From the NCBI GenBank assembly GCA_025201805.1, contig MU619251.1, positions 124,001-187,766 on the forward strand: a DNA stretch of 63,766 nt. Direction: 5' to 3'. Below the pieces are notes generated by a model. It was given only the letters and a program-made list of their open reading frames with translations. It was not told the DNA's origin and did no database searches. Positions 23,802-36,035 of the stretch are shown piece after piece. The translations under genes and the position numbers were made by a program. The DNA is from Parasitella parasitica NRRL 2501 (taxonomy: Eukaryota; Fungi; Mucoromycota). Each line of letters starts with the position of its first letter. Positions within the stretch are counted from its first letter, which is position 1.

Positions 23802-25900
23802 ATGTTCACTCCAAGAAATTCTAATTATAATAAATTACCATTCTATAAATCCTACTCAAGGAAATCGCCCAGGCAGAGGCAGAAACTACTATGGCGAACA
23901 CTCATTATTGCAGTGATACTATTGCTTATTCTTGGTCGATGGCATTCGACTTCAACAGCATCAGCAACAACAAGAGTCGAAACAAAGTCAAACAAGAACA
24001 TGATACCACAAAAACCAAATAATTTAGAAGTTATTGTCCCCCCACCCTCTTATTCAGACGCAAAGAATTTCAAAGAACTGACAATAGCTCGCGAAACAAA
24101 ACTGAACGCAGTAGGAACAGCTATACCAAAAATCGTTCATTTCGTCTACGGTCTTCGAGATCCAAACCCAACGCTCGATTTGATCCATTACACTGCAATT
24201 AAAGCAGCCCACGATGTGCTGAAGCCTGAAAAAATTATGTTTCATTACCACCATATGCCTGTAGGAGAGAATTTCGAAAGGGCTCGAGCCATGTTGACAT
24301 TAAACAAAGTACCGTTAGTGGAAAGAGTCTTTGATCGTCCAGTAAGTCATTACGCACATCGTGCTGATGTGATTCGGTTGCAAGTTCTAGAAGAGTATGG
24401 TGGTATATACCTCGATCTCGATTTAATATCGGTAAAACCACTGGATCATTTGCTCGATCGTGAATTCATCATGGCTCAAGAAGGCGTTGGTAAAATAAAT
24501 TGAGACATGTCACTGACATACCCTAATTCGTTGAAAAAAAATTAGATGGTTCAGTCGGATTATGTAACGCCATGATCATGGCAAGACCTCATTCTCGTTT
24601 TGTTCAACGTTGGTTCGCAACTTACGCATTATTTGACAGTGCAGAATGGAATTATCACTCAGTAATCCTGCCTGGAAAGTTGGCACCCTTTTTCCGTGAC
24701 GAAATCACAGTGCTGAATCATACAGCGTTTTTTTGGCCACTGTGGGATAGCCATGGTTTGAGAACACTGTATCTGGAAAAGAGCTATGATTTCTCTGCAA
24801 ATCTTGGAACACATATCTGGGAATCGGCTGCAAACAAGAATTTGATGAAGGATATCAACAAAAAAGTGGTTATGGAAATTGACAATAGTCTTTACTGTCA
24901 GATTAGGCCGCTATTGTTGGATGGGAAGCCGGATCCAAGGCCCGGATCATGCCGTATTTTATCGCACACAGAGAGATCTGACAAACTGGTGGGACATTGG
25001 TCGTTAAAGGAGCCTGCTTTAATACATAGAAAAGAAACAAATCCTTTGCCTGCAGAGGACGATTCAGGCAATGATCTGGCGGGATTGATCCGAAATGGAA
25101 AATACGTAGACGACAGCATCTTTCTTTCGGGCGATACGAGTTACATTTTTTTGAATATACCTACAGAAACCTCGGCCAAATCAATGACAGTGAGTTGGTG
25201 GATGAAGACATCGAGTATTACTAGTGATCAGATGGCGATGGTGATTCAAACAGAGCATGGTAGAATTTATGTTTCCACGCACTTACTAGACAACGGAGAA
25301 TTATCATTCAATGTAAAGACGATACATAGAAACGATCGATGGGAATGGGCTCAAATCGAAGATTTAAAATTACGTCCATCACCTTATAATATAGATGAGA
25401 ATTACCATCATTATGCACTAGTGATTAATGATCATAATAGGAATTTAGACCAACCTCCAATTGCATTGTACATGGACGGTTTTGTAGCATCAAGTAGCAT
25501 CCATTGGACATATCCCGTGAATATCGGGTCTGTCGTCAAAGGTATTTGGTTCGGCTCCATTGAACCTTTGAATGATCGATATCAAAGCCCATGGGATAAT
25601 TCTGTAAATTTACAAGCCTATTATCGTGAAATCAGCGTGTGGGAGAAGGGACTTGATGCCGCAATGATCAAAGATATATTTACGTCCACCATGGTAAACA
25701 CTGCCACTGCATCGATTAGTGAAACAATTACCACGAACACAAAAAACACATCAAAATCATCAGAAGGAAGCACACAACACTATGACTTTTATAATAATGA
25801 CAGCAGTTCACAATCTGAATTTGATCAAGAGCTGCGACAGGTTGATCTAGAAGAGGACGAAGAATTGTTGTGGGGTGCAGATTATCAATTAGAAGATTAA
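23802..25900 (+). CDS. GT32 (DxD, Och1/Sur1-like) glycosyltransferase with a C-terminal concanavalin A/LamG-like domain; intron 24490-24545
   Basis: N-terminal TM; IPKIVHFVY, HRADVIRLQVLEEYGGIYLDLD and GLCNAMIMA. C-terminal LamG-like VGHWSL..DDSGN..TVSWWMK..HHYALV..LYMDG..EISVW. Confidence 0.88.
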
Positions 25901-26275
25901 ACACAGAGCTTTACACTAATAATTAAAAAATAAAATCAGCATCATCTATAAAATTCTCAGCAGTGAAAAAAAAAAAAAAACACACAGAGTTTCATATATA
26001 GTCGTCATCAGGTTTCATAAAGAGCAAAGAGTGGATTGATTTGCATTTGGTTAATATCAGTGCAATCAAAGGTTATGAGAATATCACATAGTTGTCACTG
26101 GGTGATGAATGTAGCAAAAGTCATGCACAAAATCAATTTTTACTTTCATAAATAATAGGGAATTGGTCATAGCTTCTGTTAAACACACTCAATTGAATCG
26201 AGTTCAGACCTGGGAAACAAATCTACAAAACAGCACTATCTAATAGAAATATTTGTATTCATCATGAATAAATGC

Positions 26276-26540
26276 ATAAAAAGGGCGCAGAAAAATGTTG
26301 CGTAAATGTTATATGAAAAGAACTAAATAAGACTTTCTCTGAATAGAACCAGATACAAAACTGATGGACTTTTTATTGACATAAGATATGCTCTATTTAT
26401 CCTAACCAATATTTACCCACATAATATCTGATACTAAATCACAGCATTTCCAGGAACAGGTCTATTCTTCTTTTTTTACATTAAAAAAGATGTGAGTAAG
26501 ATGTCGCGACCTGATCTTGATGGAATCTCTTTGAATAAGC
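26276..26540. mobile_element. degenerate copy of the solo-LTR-like repeat at 50151-50496
   Basis: Shares long near-identical blocks in the same orientation (AAATGTTGCGTAAATGTTAT, TAAGACTTTCTCTGAATAGAACCAGATACAAAACTGA, CCAATATTTACCCACATAA, ACAGCATTTCCAGGAACAGG, AATCTCTTTGAATAAGC). It has internal deletions and lost ends. Confidence 0.8.
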
Positions 26541-27432
26541 GTTTATCATAATTTGATTCATGTAGTAGATAGATTTTTATTTTATAACAGTAGACAACTT
26601 TACTTTTGTATAACTTAATAGTCTTTATTACCTTCTCGCTTTAGTAGCTTATAAAATTATCGACTGTGCTCATTTTTAAGACATGGCACAACGCTGTTGA
26701 TATCTATAAATTTATCAGCAGAAACAATACTTTTGGGATGAAAATTGCATATAAGCGCTACTAGGCTTCCATAGCGAGCAAAATATGGGTTGATTTACGT
26801 CTGGATACTACGGGCATAATCAAGGCTATATGATAAGCACTTGATTTCTAGTGAGCGAAGTGTGAATCACAAGTTAGGTATAAACATAGGTACTGTCTGC
26901 ATGACAGACCTTTATTTTTTCTGCCAATTTGCATTCAAAACCTCAAATATGGCACTGAGTCATTAGCTAATATTCTTTGCGCGTACTACAACTGCCATTT
27001 CAAGAGGGTGAAGAATGTAGTGGTGCTCCCTGGTCATGTAATTGGGAACAAACCTACTATAGTCATGTACTAATATGGAAGTTCTAGAAATGGAGTGCAG
27101 TAGAGACTAGGTTTTGTGCAGTGTGCATAAAGTTATGTAAAGTATTTGGGTACATAATGGGTAAATTAACTACAATGATATGGAGAATAATTACATCTAA
27201 GCAACGACTCAAGCTTTCTTGACTAGGACAAAGGCAAACTCTCGAATACTCAATTGTAAAGTAAAATAAACCTTTACTTGAGTTGCAAATATATATGTCG
27301 CTCCCTATACGTACTTGTATACCATTAAACAAATAGTCGAATTGCTCAAATCAATTAACCATTAGAACCATTAGAACCATTAAATAATCATTTGTACACT
27401 TTATTTCATCACAATCAATCCATGCGAAGCAT

Positions 27433-28095
27433 TTAGCCTTGAAATTTCTTGATTGTCAACATTTGACTCAACATTTCCTGCAGTTCAGGGACTTCTACCT
27501 TATTTTCCAAACTGCAAACAAGTTTAGATTCTAATCGATGCATGATAAATTTCATAATACCTTGGGATAAGTGCTTTAGCTTCTTCTGCATCTTCACAGC
27601 ATAAATTTGCGATCTGTGCAACTTCAAATTGTGCCATGTTTTCTTTCAAAAGGACTCTGTTTTGTGATGAATCTCAATTCATTATTTTCACACATCTAAT
27701 ACAACAAAACTTACTGTCTAACTTCTCGGACAGATTCAATGTTGCTAAATCTACTGAAGGCGCGAACGTAATCCAAGGTTTTTGCCATGACGCTAAATAT
27801 CTCAAGTAAATATCGAGTGTAATAACAAGAAGAAAACGTTCACTTCTGTGTATTACTTAGTTCGAGGTCTGTTGTCTGTTCCATTCTCTTTCGAATCCTC
27901 TTGTGCTTCTAGAATAATTCTAACTTCTGAAATGTATAAACACTGAGCTCCCTCAAACTCTATGAATTGCAAAATTTTCTTTAATTTAAACAATGAAATG
28001 ACTTATTCAAACTATTTACCATCTCCTAATTTCAAGGTAGAGGCATCTTCTTGATCAGTACCGCCACGGATCATGTGTCTTTTCTTCGAGGCCAT
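27433..28095 (-). CDS. RPB4: RNA polymerase II subunit Rpb4, 5 exons (missed by the ORF track)
   Basis: Manual splicing: MASKKRHMIRGGTDQEDASTLKLGD|EFEGAQCLYISEVRIILE...|VMAKTLDYVRAFSRFSNIESVREVRQ|VLLKENMAQFEVAQIANLCCEDAEEAKALIPS|LENKVEVPELQEMLSQMLTIKKFQG*. Confidence 0.93.
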
Positions 28096-28331
28096 GTCTG
28101 ATTGATTATATGTATAAAATAAGACAAAAGAAGAAAAGGAAATCAAAGGAGAAGAGATGAAGAGGATCCTCTTTATTCCGTGACGTTTTGTTGAACAGTT
28201 GCATGTAGCATTCGAATTGCGTCGTAATTCCGAGTATTCAAAATTCAGTTGCTTGTACTTGTGCTGTTATATCTTTTGGTTGTCTCACTATATCATCTTA
28301 ATTTCGTTATTAATAACTAGTATATAAAGAA

Positions 28332-29736
28332 ATGCAGGAAACTGGACCAGCAGGTAAAGCGTTTCAGTTAAAGATTCCAGAATAAGGGTCCTGGACCCTA
28401 ACTCTAAAACAATTGGATGTATAGGTTTTTACAACGTTCCAGTTACCAAATTCTTGGTATTGTTTGTGGGCGCTTGCTCTATCTTGGCTGCCATTATGAA
28501 TTTTAAGCCATATTTTAACTTGCAACTTATTCCTCATATGACTGTACATCATCAGGTATTGATTCTATCACATTCTTCCGTCGAGATGTGTTATAATTTA
28601 GCTTATGATTAGTTCTGGAGATTGTTGACCTCACAAGTCGCATTCGGAAGCTCGGGAGATGTGTTTTTTGGCTCATTACTGCTATACACTTTAAGAGTAA
28701 TAGAAAGACAGTATGGGAGTTCAAAATATACGGTAAAAATAGCTCTTTTCATTTGAAGTGATGGTTTGATAACCAATATGCTAGGCTTTCCTTTTTATAT
28801 CGGTAGTGATTTCGACATCATTGGAATTAGGAGCATTAGCTGTTGGAGCGCAACTTGGATTAAAGAGTATACCTGGTGGCCCGTAACTATTAACATCTTT
28901 TACAAAGGTGGATTATGTATAACATTTTCTCCATGTAGCTACGCATTGATATTCTCAGCTCTCTATCAGTATTACCGAGTCATCCCCGTTACTTATCAAT
29001 TTCGAGTATTTGGACTTGTCATGAGCAACAAACTCTTTCTATACGTTTTAGCATTCCAAGTAGCATTTTCACAGTCATTCAGGACATTGACACCTGCAGT
29101 ATGTGGTATTTTATCAGGAGCATTGTATAGAACAGACGTTGGAAACATCAAGCAGTGGCGATTCCCTACCTGGATACAAAAATCAACCGTTCGATTTGTA
29201 AAACCCTTCCTAGTATCACCACCTATTGCACGCCCGGCAACAACGATACCAAGTCAACGACCCTTTGTAACAGGTATATTACCAGTCGATAACCTTATGA
29301 CGGGTGGATTAAGGAATAGAAGAGAAACAAATACTAGTACTAGCACCAGATCAGAAACAGCATCTGTATCAGCGGCAGCAAATGAGGGCACATCGTCAGT
29401 GAGGGTAAAGTGTGCGTGATTTGTGTAGAACGAAGTAGATGTTAATTGTTTGCGCAGGAATATTTAAATACGATCACTGGTAGAGATGTTGCAGGATCAG
29501 AACTCGAGCCCCCTTCCCCAGAACATACAAGGGTTTTGATCACTATGTTTCCTGATCATCCACGAGAAACAATTACCAGAGCACTTTCATCAGCACACAA
29601 CAATTTGAATAGAGCTGTCGAAATTATGCTGAGCACTCCAGCACCCCATAATGAAGGTTCAAGTGGCATTACGAGCACATCTATTCCCCCACCACCTACT
29701 GCTAGTGGTAGTCGTGGTGTTACAAGACCATCATAA
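28332..29736 (+). CDS. rhomboid-like pseudoprotease with C-terminal UBA/CUE domain (Dsc2/UBAC2 family), multi-exon
   Basis: GFYNVPVTK, HHQ|FWRLLTSQ, LYTLRVIERQYGSSKY and YYRVIP. C-terminal LITMFPDHPRETITRALSSAHNNLNRAVEIML. Confidence 0.85.
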
Positions 29737-29834
29737 ATATATCAAACATCTAGATAGCTAGACATTTGCTTTTATAAACTACTGTAAATATTACTATATA
29801 TATATATATATATATATCAAATAAAAGCTTTATT

Positions 29835-31552
29835 TTAGTTTTTAATATAGTTCTCTTCATAGTTTGTATTTTTAAGCATCTTAATAAAGCTTGTAACAGT
29901 GGATGGCCATAATGTTTGAATATCGCCATGTTTGTTGATATACCAAGACTTGCAACCACCACGCCACACTGTATTTTTGAATCTACTTTGTAAATCTCCA
30001 GAGAAGGCTTCCTGTGCTTTTTCACTAGGGTCTAAACAAGTAATCCTATTCTTGATCATGTAACTCATCATTTCAATACAGTAACCAATTTGACTATGTA
30101 CATATTAGCGAATTTGACATCTTGTATACATCGGTGCTTTCATCATACCTCTCAATGATTGTTACGACTGAATTGTGACCTAATGCAGATCCAGGACCAA
30201 GCAACGTAAAGTAATTTGGAAAACCATGTACAGTCAAAGTCTTGTATGTCTTGGCCGTATTATCGTCCCACAGCTTGTTTAAATTTACACCATTTCTGCC
30301 ATTAACTTGAAGCTCTCCTAAAAATCCGTCTACATCAAACCCAGTAGCAAGGCACAGGACATCCACCTCTGTTTCAATACCATCTGCTGTTATGATTGTT
30401 CGGCCCTGAATTTTACTGATAGTCGATGTATTCACAGTGACATTCTCAGAGCACAAGGATTGCACATAATCGTCTGAAATACCAATTCTTTTACACCCCA
30501 CAGGGAAATCCGGGATTAATTTCGCAACTAGATCAGGGCGATCGTTTGATTTAAGAACATGGGTCATATGCATCCTGATACCATCTTTGACAAATTTGGC
30601 ACGCTTTGAATTGGCATTGCCCCAAGCGCTGAAGTTTAAATCACGGATGTAAAACAGAAAGGCGCGATAAAGGAGCATAGCAAAAGGTACATATGCAAAT
30701 ATGAATTTGATAAAGCTTGGGAATACATATTGATTTCTAGGACCAACCCAAGTAGGTGTACGTTGAAAACTGTATAAATGCTTGACTCTAGGCGCTAAAT
30801 TGGGAACAATTTGAATTGCACTTTTGCGCAGCGTATAAGCGATTAGAAACAGTGCACATCATATATTAGAACATAATGATTGTGTGAATACCTTGTGCCA
30901 CTGCCAACAACAGCGACAGTTTTATTGCTGAAATCGTAGTCATTATCCCAATATGCTGAATGTATGATCTTTCCCTCAAATGCACTAAATTGCTTGGGGA
31001 CATTGGGAACTCTCAAGCCACCTATGCATCCGAATCTTGGTAAAGAGAGGTTTATCAGAATCTGTGTTTTAGTTTCATGACGGCCATACTCACACAAAAT
31101 CAAAGTATTTGATCTGATTATCCTTGTAAACTGTTGGCTGATGCAATTCCAGTTCCCACTGCTTCCTCTCTTCTATCCAACTTGCGCGAATAACCTTGGT
31201 TTCAAACTGAGTTTGTTGGTATATGCCATGTTTCCTAGCAACACCTTGCATATATTCATGGATCTCCTTCTGCGGGCTGTATTTTCTGCTCCATTCTATT
31301 AATTCAAAATTAGCAGGTAAGTACTATGCCGTTGGTTTTGACGCTACCTGGATTTAGCTCAAAGCTAAACGAGTATAAATGGCTAGGGATATCGCAAGCA
31401 CATCCAGGATACGTATTATAATTCCAGGTTCCTCCAATATCATTTGTTCCTTCGAAGATTTGAGCCACAATGCCAAGTTTTTTTTTTAGTTGAATAGCTG
31501 CTGTTATGCCGCTGAACCCGCTTCCGACAATCGCTACTGTAGGTTGACTCAT
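29835..31552 (-). CDS. Baeyer-Villiger/flavin-containing monooxygenase, multi-exon
   Basis: Rossmann GSGFSG; GGTWNYNTYPGCACDIPSHLY; fingerprint FEGKIIHSAYW; second Rossmann VAVVGSGTS|AIQ; GCKRI; ATGF; GCKSWY. Confidence 0.93.
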
Positions 31553-31687
31553 TTTTACGATTTATGACACTGTATAAAAGTAAAGAGGTATCGAAAATGC
31601 GCACAAACTGGCTACTTAAATAACAACCAAAATATTCGTGATACCCCCACTGTATAGGGTTACAGTAATCTTTTTTTATCCTTTTTT

Positions 31688-31729
31688 TGTGTGCGTGTGT
31701 GTGTATGTGTGTGTGTGTGTGTGTGTGTG
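31688..31729. repeat. (GT)n microsatellite; others are (GT)n at about 56626-56672 and (GA)n at about 2036-2051 and 11863-11888
   Basis: Direct observation. Confidence 0.9.
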
Positions 31730-33019
31730 GAAAAAGGGGACATCTTTAATGCTTTATGCGTTAAAAAGCCATTACATAATGCCTATGTACAGTATCGATT
31801 TTCTGCCTGCATGAGAAAAATACTATCACGGTATTACACGCCAGTTCACACGGTAATGGTTTATCCAGCATATTTTAGGACAATACAGCTTTAGTTTATA
31901 GCTTACAAAGATTTTCTCAAATAGTCGAACTGTCTTTATCATCTGAGAATATTTGCATGGAGAAGAGTAAAATACATCGCATATAATATTTTTTATTGTT
32001 GCACATATTATGTTAGCATATTTCAAGTCGCACAAAATCTGGTTGCTAGAATAATTGCAACGCTGTAAATCTGTGCGAAACATCATTTTGGTCTTTTGTT
32101 TTGTTGAATTATTTTGCATCCTGCTACTCACATCTGATAACCATGTGTAGTGAATGCAAACTCGACTTTATTTTTCTTCCACTAAATTGATGAGTTTGGA
32201 TTTATTTTGCACTTTATTAGTAAAACACCTCATACATTATGAGTCTGAGTACATTTGTGCAATGTTGAATCATTTGATTAATAGCATGCATTGCAAGACA
32301 ACTGATCACCAAAGCTTTTATAAAATCTCTAACTGAAAGCATATATGTCTTTCCTATTTTGCATGGATGCCCAAAATGTTAACCATGTGTGTGTCAAAAG
32401 GAACGGTTTTAATTAATATATATCACAGAATAAAACCTGCGTTCTTGATGTCAAACTTGATTTCCATCCATTTTTCCTTATATCCATCAAAGTAAATTTG
32501 TTAAAACCCAATGATATTTTCATCGCCTAGTTTTTTTAAAATACATATCAGGCTGCAAATAGCGAAATGCAGGACTGCAGGACACTAGTTGGTGTTCCAA
32601 GCACTAGAATCCGGTTAGAAAGAGTAATATATTCTATTAAAATCATGGTGATCATAAAGTGTGATGCTCGCTTTTAATCCATTTCATGATGCCTTCAGGA
32701 CAACAATACCTGGTACTAGGAAAAAAGCGAGTTTTGTGGCAATGCAAATTTCGATTATTCATGTCAGGTACACATTTTCTTGCAAACTAATATGGCAATT
32801 TGCATCTCTCATTTTGAACAAGAGTGCTCATTAAACAGGTGTGCGCATAGATAACCTTTTAGGAAATTTTTCGGCTTCTACAGCCAAACTACCTCTTAAA
32901 CAGCATATCCATATTGATGACTACATCATTACAGCATTATATCTCAGATCCACAATGAAATAATAAACGAAAATTTCGAATAATAGTCGTTATGCAGTGT
33001 TTCTTCTCAAGTTCTAAAC

Positions 33020-33547
33020 ATGTCAGGATCTACAGGTGATGAGAGCTATATGGCCATGTTAAATAACCCAGTAATCAATCCTGGGCCATCCACAAACACC
33101 AACTTGGAGCAAGAGCAAAAAGCTAATACTAATATCAAACCATGCGTGTTTCCCGCAGTCGAAGAAGCCAAAAACCTCTTGACCAAGGCCACTGAAAATA
33201 TATGTCTTTCATCTGAATCTGACGAAGCTTTTGAATGGATAAACACAGAAATCAAGCAGGAAAATTTACCTACAACAAAAAAAGAACTGGCGCAACTTGG
33301 TCTTATTAGCCATGAAAGTTTGACAGGAAGTCTCACAATCAAATCACTACAAGAGTTTTTGTATGAAGATAATTACAAAGGAATCGTTGCAGCATTCCAA
33401 ACAATCCAAAATGAAAAAGCTTGTGATAGCAAAGTGTATCTTCTAGGAGAAAGATCTGTTATAGTTCTGATACTGTGTATCGTGCAAGATAAACAAAGCT
33501 CAAAGAAAGCGATTGTGGGATTAAAGAGTTTATTAGTTCAAACTTAA
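33020..33547 (+). CDS. NuiA (nuclease A inhibitor)-like protein, 175 aa, intronless
   Basis: LTKATENICLSSESDEAFEWI, KVYLLGERSVIVLIL and terminal IVGLKSLLVQT* align with recalled cyanobacterial NuiA blocks LKQASDGLLFMSESEYPFEVF, QVYRLGEVELDVYVI and LAGISTKVVET*. Confidence 0.8.
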   Translation: MSGSTGDESYMAMLNNPVINPGPSTNTNLEQEQKANTNIKPCVFPAVEEAKNLLTKATENICLSSESDEAFEWINTEIKQENLPTTKKELAQLGLISHESLTGSLTIKSLQEFLYEDNYKGIVAAFQTIQNEKACDSKVYLLGERSVIVLILCIVQDKQSSKKAIVGLKSLLVQT

Positions 33548-33783
33548 CAATAAATATATAAATTTTTCTCAAGACGACGAATATTCAAAACTGTGAGGTG
33601 ATTCATTCATTTGGGTCAATGGCAATTGTTAAAGCAAGTATCAGAGAGATCATGTGATACATTGTCAACCTGTAGGTGCATGGTACTGGTTCCATGTACG
33701 TCTCTGATTTCATTTTTAAGATAGAGCAATCAGTTCTCTCCTTTAAACCTCTTTTCTTTACAAATATAAAACTTCTGATCAAT

Positions 33784-34232
33784 ATGGCTAAAGATAAAAT
33801 CTCAAAGAAAGGTAACTATCGCATTATAGAGCTATACGTTTATTAGTTGTTCATCGAGCTAATTGATGCATTTATATACGAATAGGTTCAAGAAAGGCTT
33901 CTGCTTATAACGTTTTTATCAAGGTAAATCAAAGACAGAACAGGGCAAATGGGATATCCCGTTTAAACAATATGTTGTACTGTAGTCTGAAATCGCCAAA
34001 GTCAAAAAAGAGTATCCTGAAATGTCACATAAGGATGTAAGTTCATTTTAACTCGAATGCACTGCAATCATCTAACATTGCGTTCATCTTTGATTTAGGT
34101 CTTCAAGAAGGCCGTAAGCTTACTAATTTCTAAAAAAAATCGCGTGCAGGGCTAACTAAAATTTCCTTTGCGATATAGGCAAGCAATTGGTCCCACTCTC
34201 CCAGCAATCCCAAGTCTGCAGTAGCATCCTAA
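33784..34232 (+). CDS. 61-aa YABBY/HMG-box-like microprotein; exons 33784-33811, 33886-33923, 33986-34036, 34099-34113, 34179-34232
   Basis: Four canonical GT-AG introns join in frame to give MAKDKISKKGSRKASAYNVFIKSEIAKVKKEYPEMSHKDVFKKAASNWSHSPSNPKSAVAS*. This matches the YABBY pattern SAYNxFIKxEIxxxKxxxPxxSHxxxFxxAAxNW. Confidence 0.88.
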
Positions 34233-36035
34233 ATCAATGAGCAAAGTTCCTTTAGCGTATATGTATTATCATAGCAAATTATAATAGCAATAAAAATATG
34301 AGCAAGCAATTACTGTATTTGCCTTGTTTCAGTCTCTTAAAAAATCGTCGTTTTCGATGTAATGAACTGTACGTTTGTAAAATACCACTGCATGGAGCAG
34401 TGCTTTTCGTGTTTCAATGTAGGGTGCGTCACCTTAATAAAACACATAAGCTACTGTGATACGTTGCTTATCTCTTCCTGGTGCTATATCCATCAATGTG
34501 AAAAAGCCTGATCCCTTCGGAGGTTTTGTTTATTTACACAACAAAAAGTGGTAGAACAACTATTATTAAACTTTAATTTACGCCACATCATATTTGGAGT
34601 GTATTATATTTATGATATTCTCACGAAGAGGTGGTGTGTATAGAGCAGGTGAACGCACTGTACAATACAAATAAACTTATGATCGAGAAAACGTTTATTT
34701 AGCTATTGATGAATTCAACGTGGTTTCGATTTATTTTATCGAACATTTAATTATATGGGAAGAATTACAACCCATGATACTCACAAAAATCATAGTTTAT
34801 GTATACAGTAGGAAAGTCTAGATCAAACATCCATCATGCTACTGGTTTGTAAACAAGAAACACGAAGATTGTTGATACATCCTACACATAATTATATCGT
34901 CATGTGACGTTAACTAGTTTTGTGCATACAGCAATAATGACTTCAACAATAAGAGCCAAAATATCTTGGTTATATTGTTTTAAAATCAATGCGTATTGGG
35001 TTTTTGTCTTATTTCTTTTGTGGAATGTAAGAACAAAATCGTTTGTGGAAGGAGGATCATCACCTGTAGTGTGCATCAGTGGAATTAAACTCAGCTGTTC
35101 TATATTTTTTGGGTAGACTTACAATCAAGCAGTTTCTAGTAATTAATTCAATTTGGTTTAAAATTTACATGGTACAGATAATATGTAGATCCGGTTCTTT
35201 GATAGTACGATTTGTTAATATCATTTGTAATAAGATAAAGGCCTCAGACCATCAAATTTCCAAATTTGAAAAACAATTGACGTTTCAACTCCGCTCAGGG
35301 GTATTTTTCATCGTTAAACTACAACGTTTACACATTTTAAAATTGACATTGCATATTGTAATATAGTACGACCCTCATTTTAGTCAACGGTGAAATTTGT
35401 AGTCATTATCAATTAATAAAATGGCATTAATGTAATCAATTTGTAAGACCTTATTAAATATTTCAAATCTATTCTATAAAAACAAGACTATCATTATATT
35501 CTTTTCCAATATTTTTATTATCGTTTTGTTTGTTTGATGAGTTATAACAGTTTGATGTAAAATTCTGAGTACCAGCAATATTCTATCATCAATGGTTTTC
35601 GTGCGAATGAAGCAAAACTTTATACTACGAGCTTTTATTTATAAAGAAGCCGCGGATAAAAAAAAAACCTACTCAGACAAACATAATAAATGGTCAATGC
35701 CATGGGTTTTTTTTATCACCTTCCATACTCCTGTGTTGATTATTGCCAGCAAACTATGCATCCTTAAAACATAATTAGTTGTAAAGCAAAGCTTTGGCGC
35801 ACAATTGCATTTATTACTAATTAGCTGTGTTCTTATATCTTTTTTGAATAGCTAAATACGGTGTCAAATGCTTTGAAAATGTCTGAAACTCTTTACTGTC
35901 TTTGGTTTAGATGGTCTTGAATACGAAATACCCCAGGTATCGAGTATATAAATACATGGCTTCTAGGCTTGATTCAGACGCGGGTTATCTTTTTCTTTCT
36001 TTACATTTGTAACAAAAAGAATTATTAATATAAAA

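Noticed and set aside
33784-34232. HMG-like gene as the Mucorales sex locus (sexP/sexM)
   Set aside because: It is too short, is YABBY-type rather than MATA-HMG, and is not flanked by tptA and rnhA.
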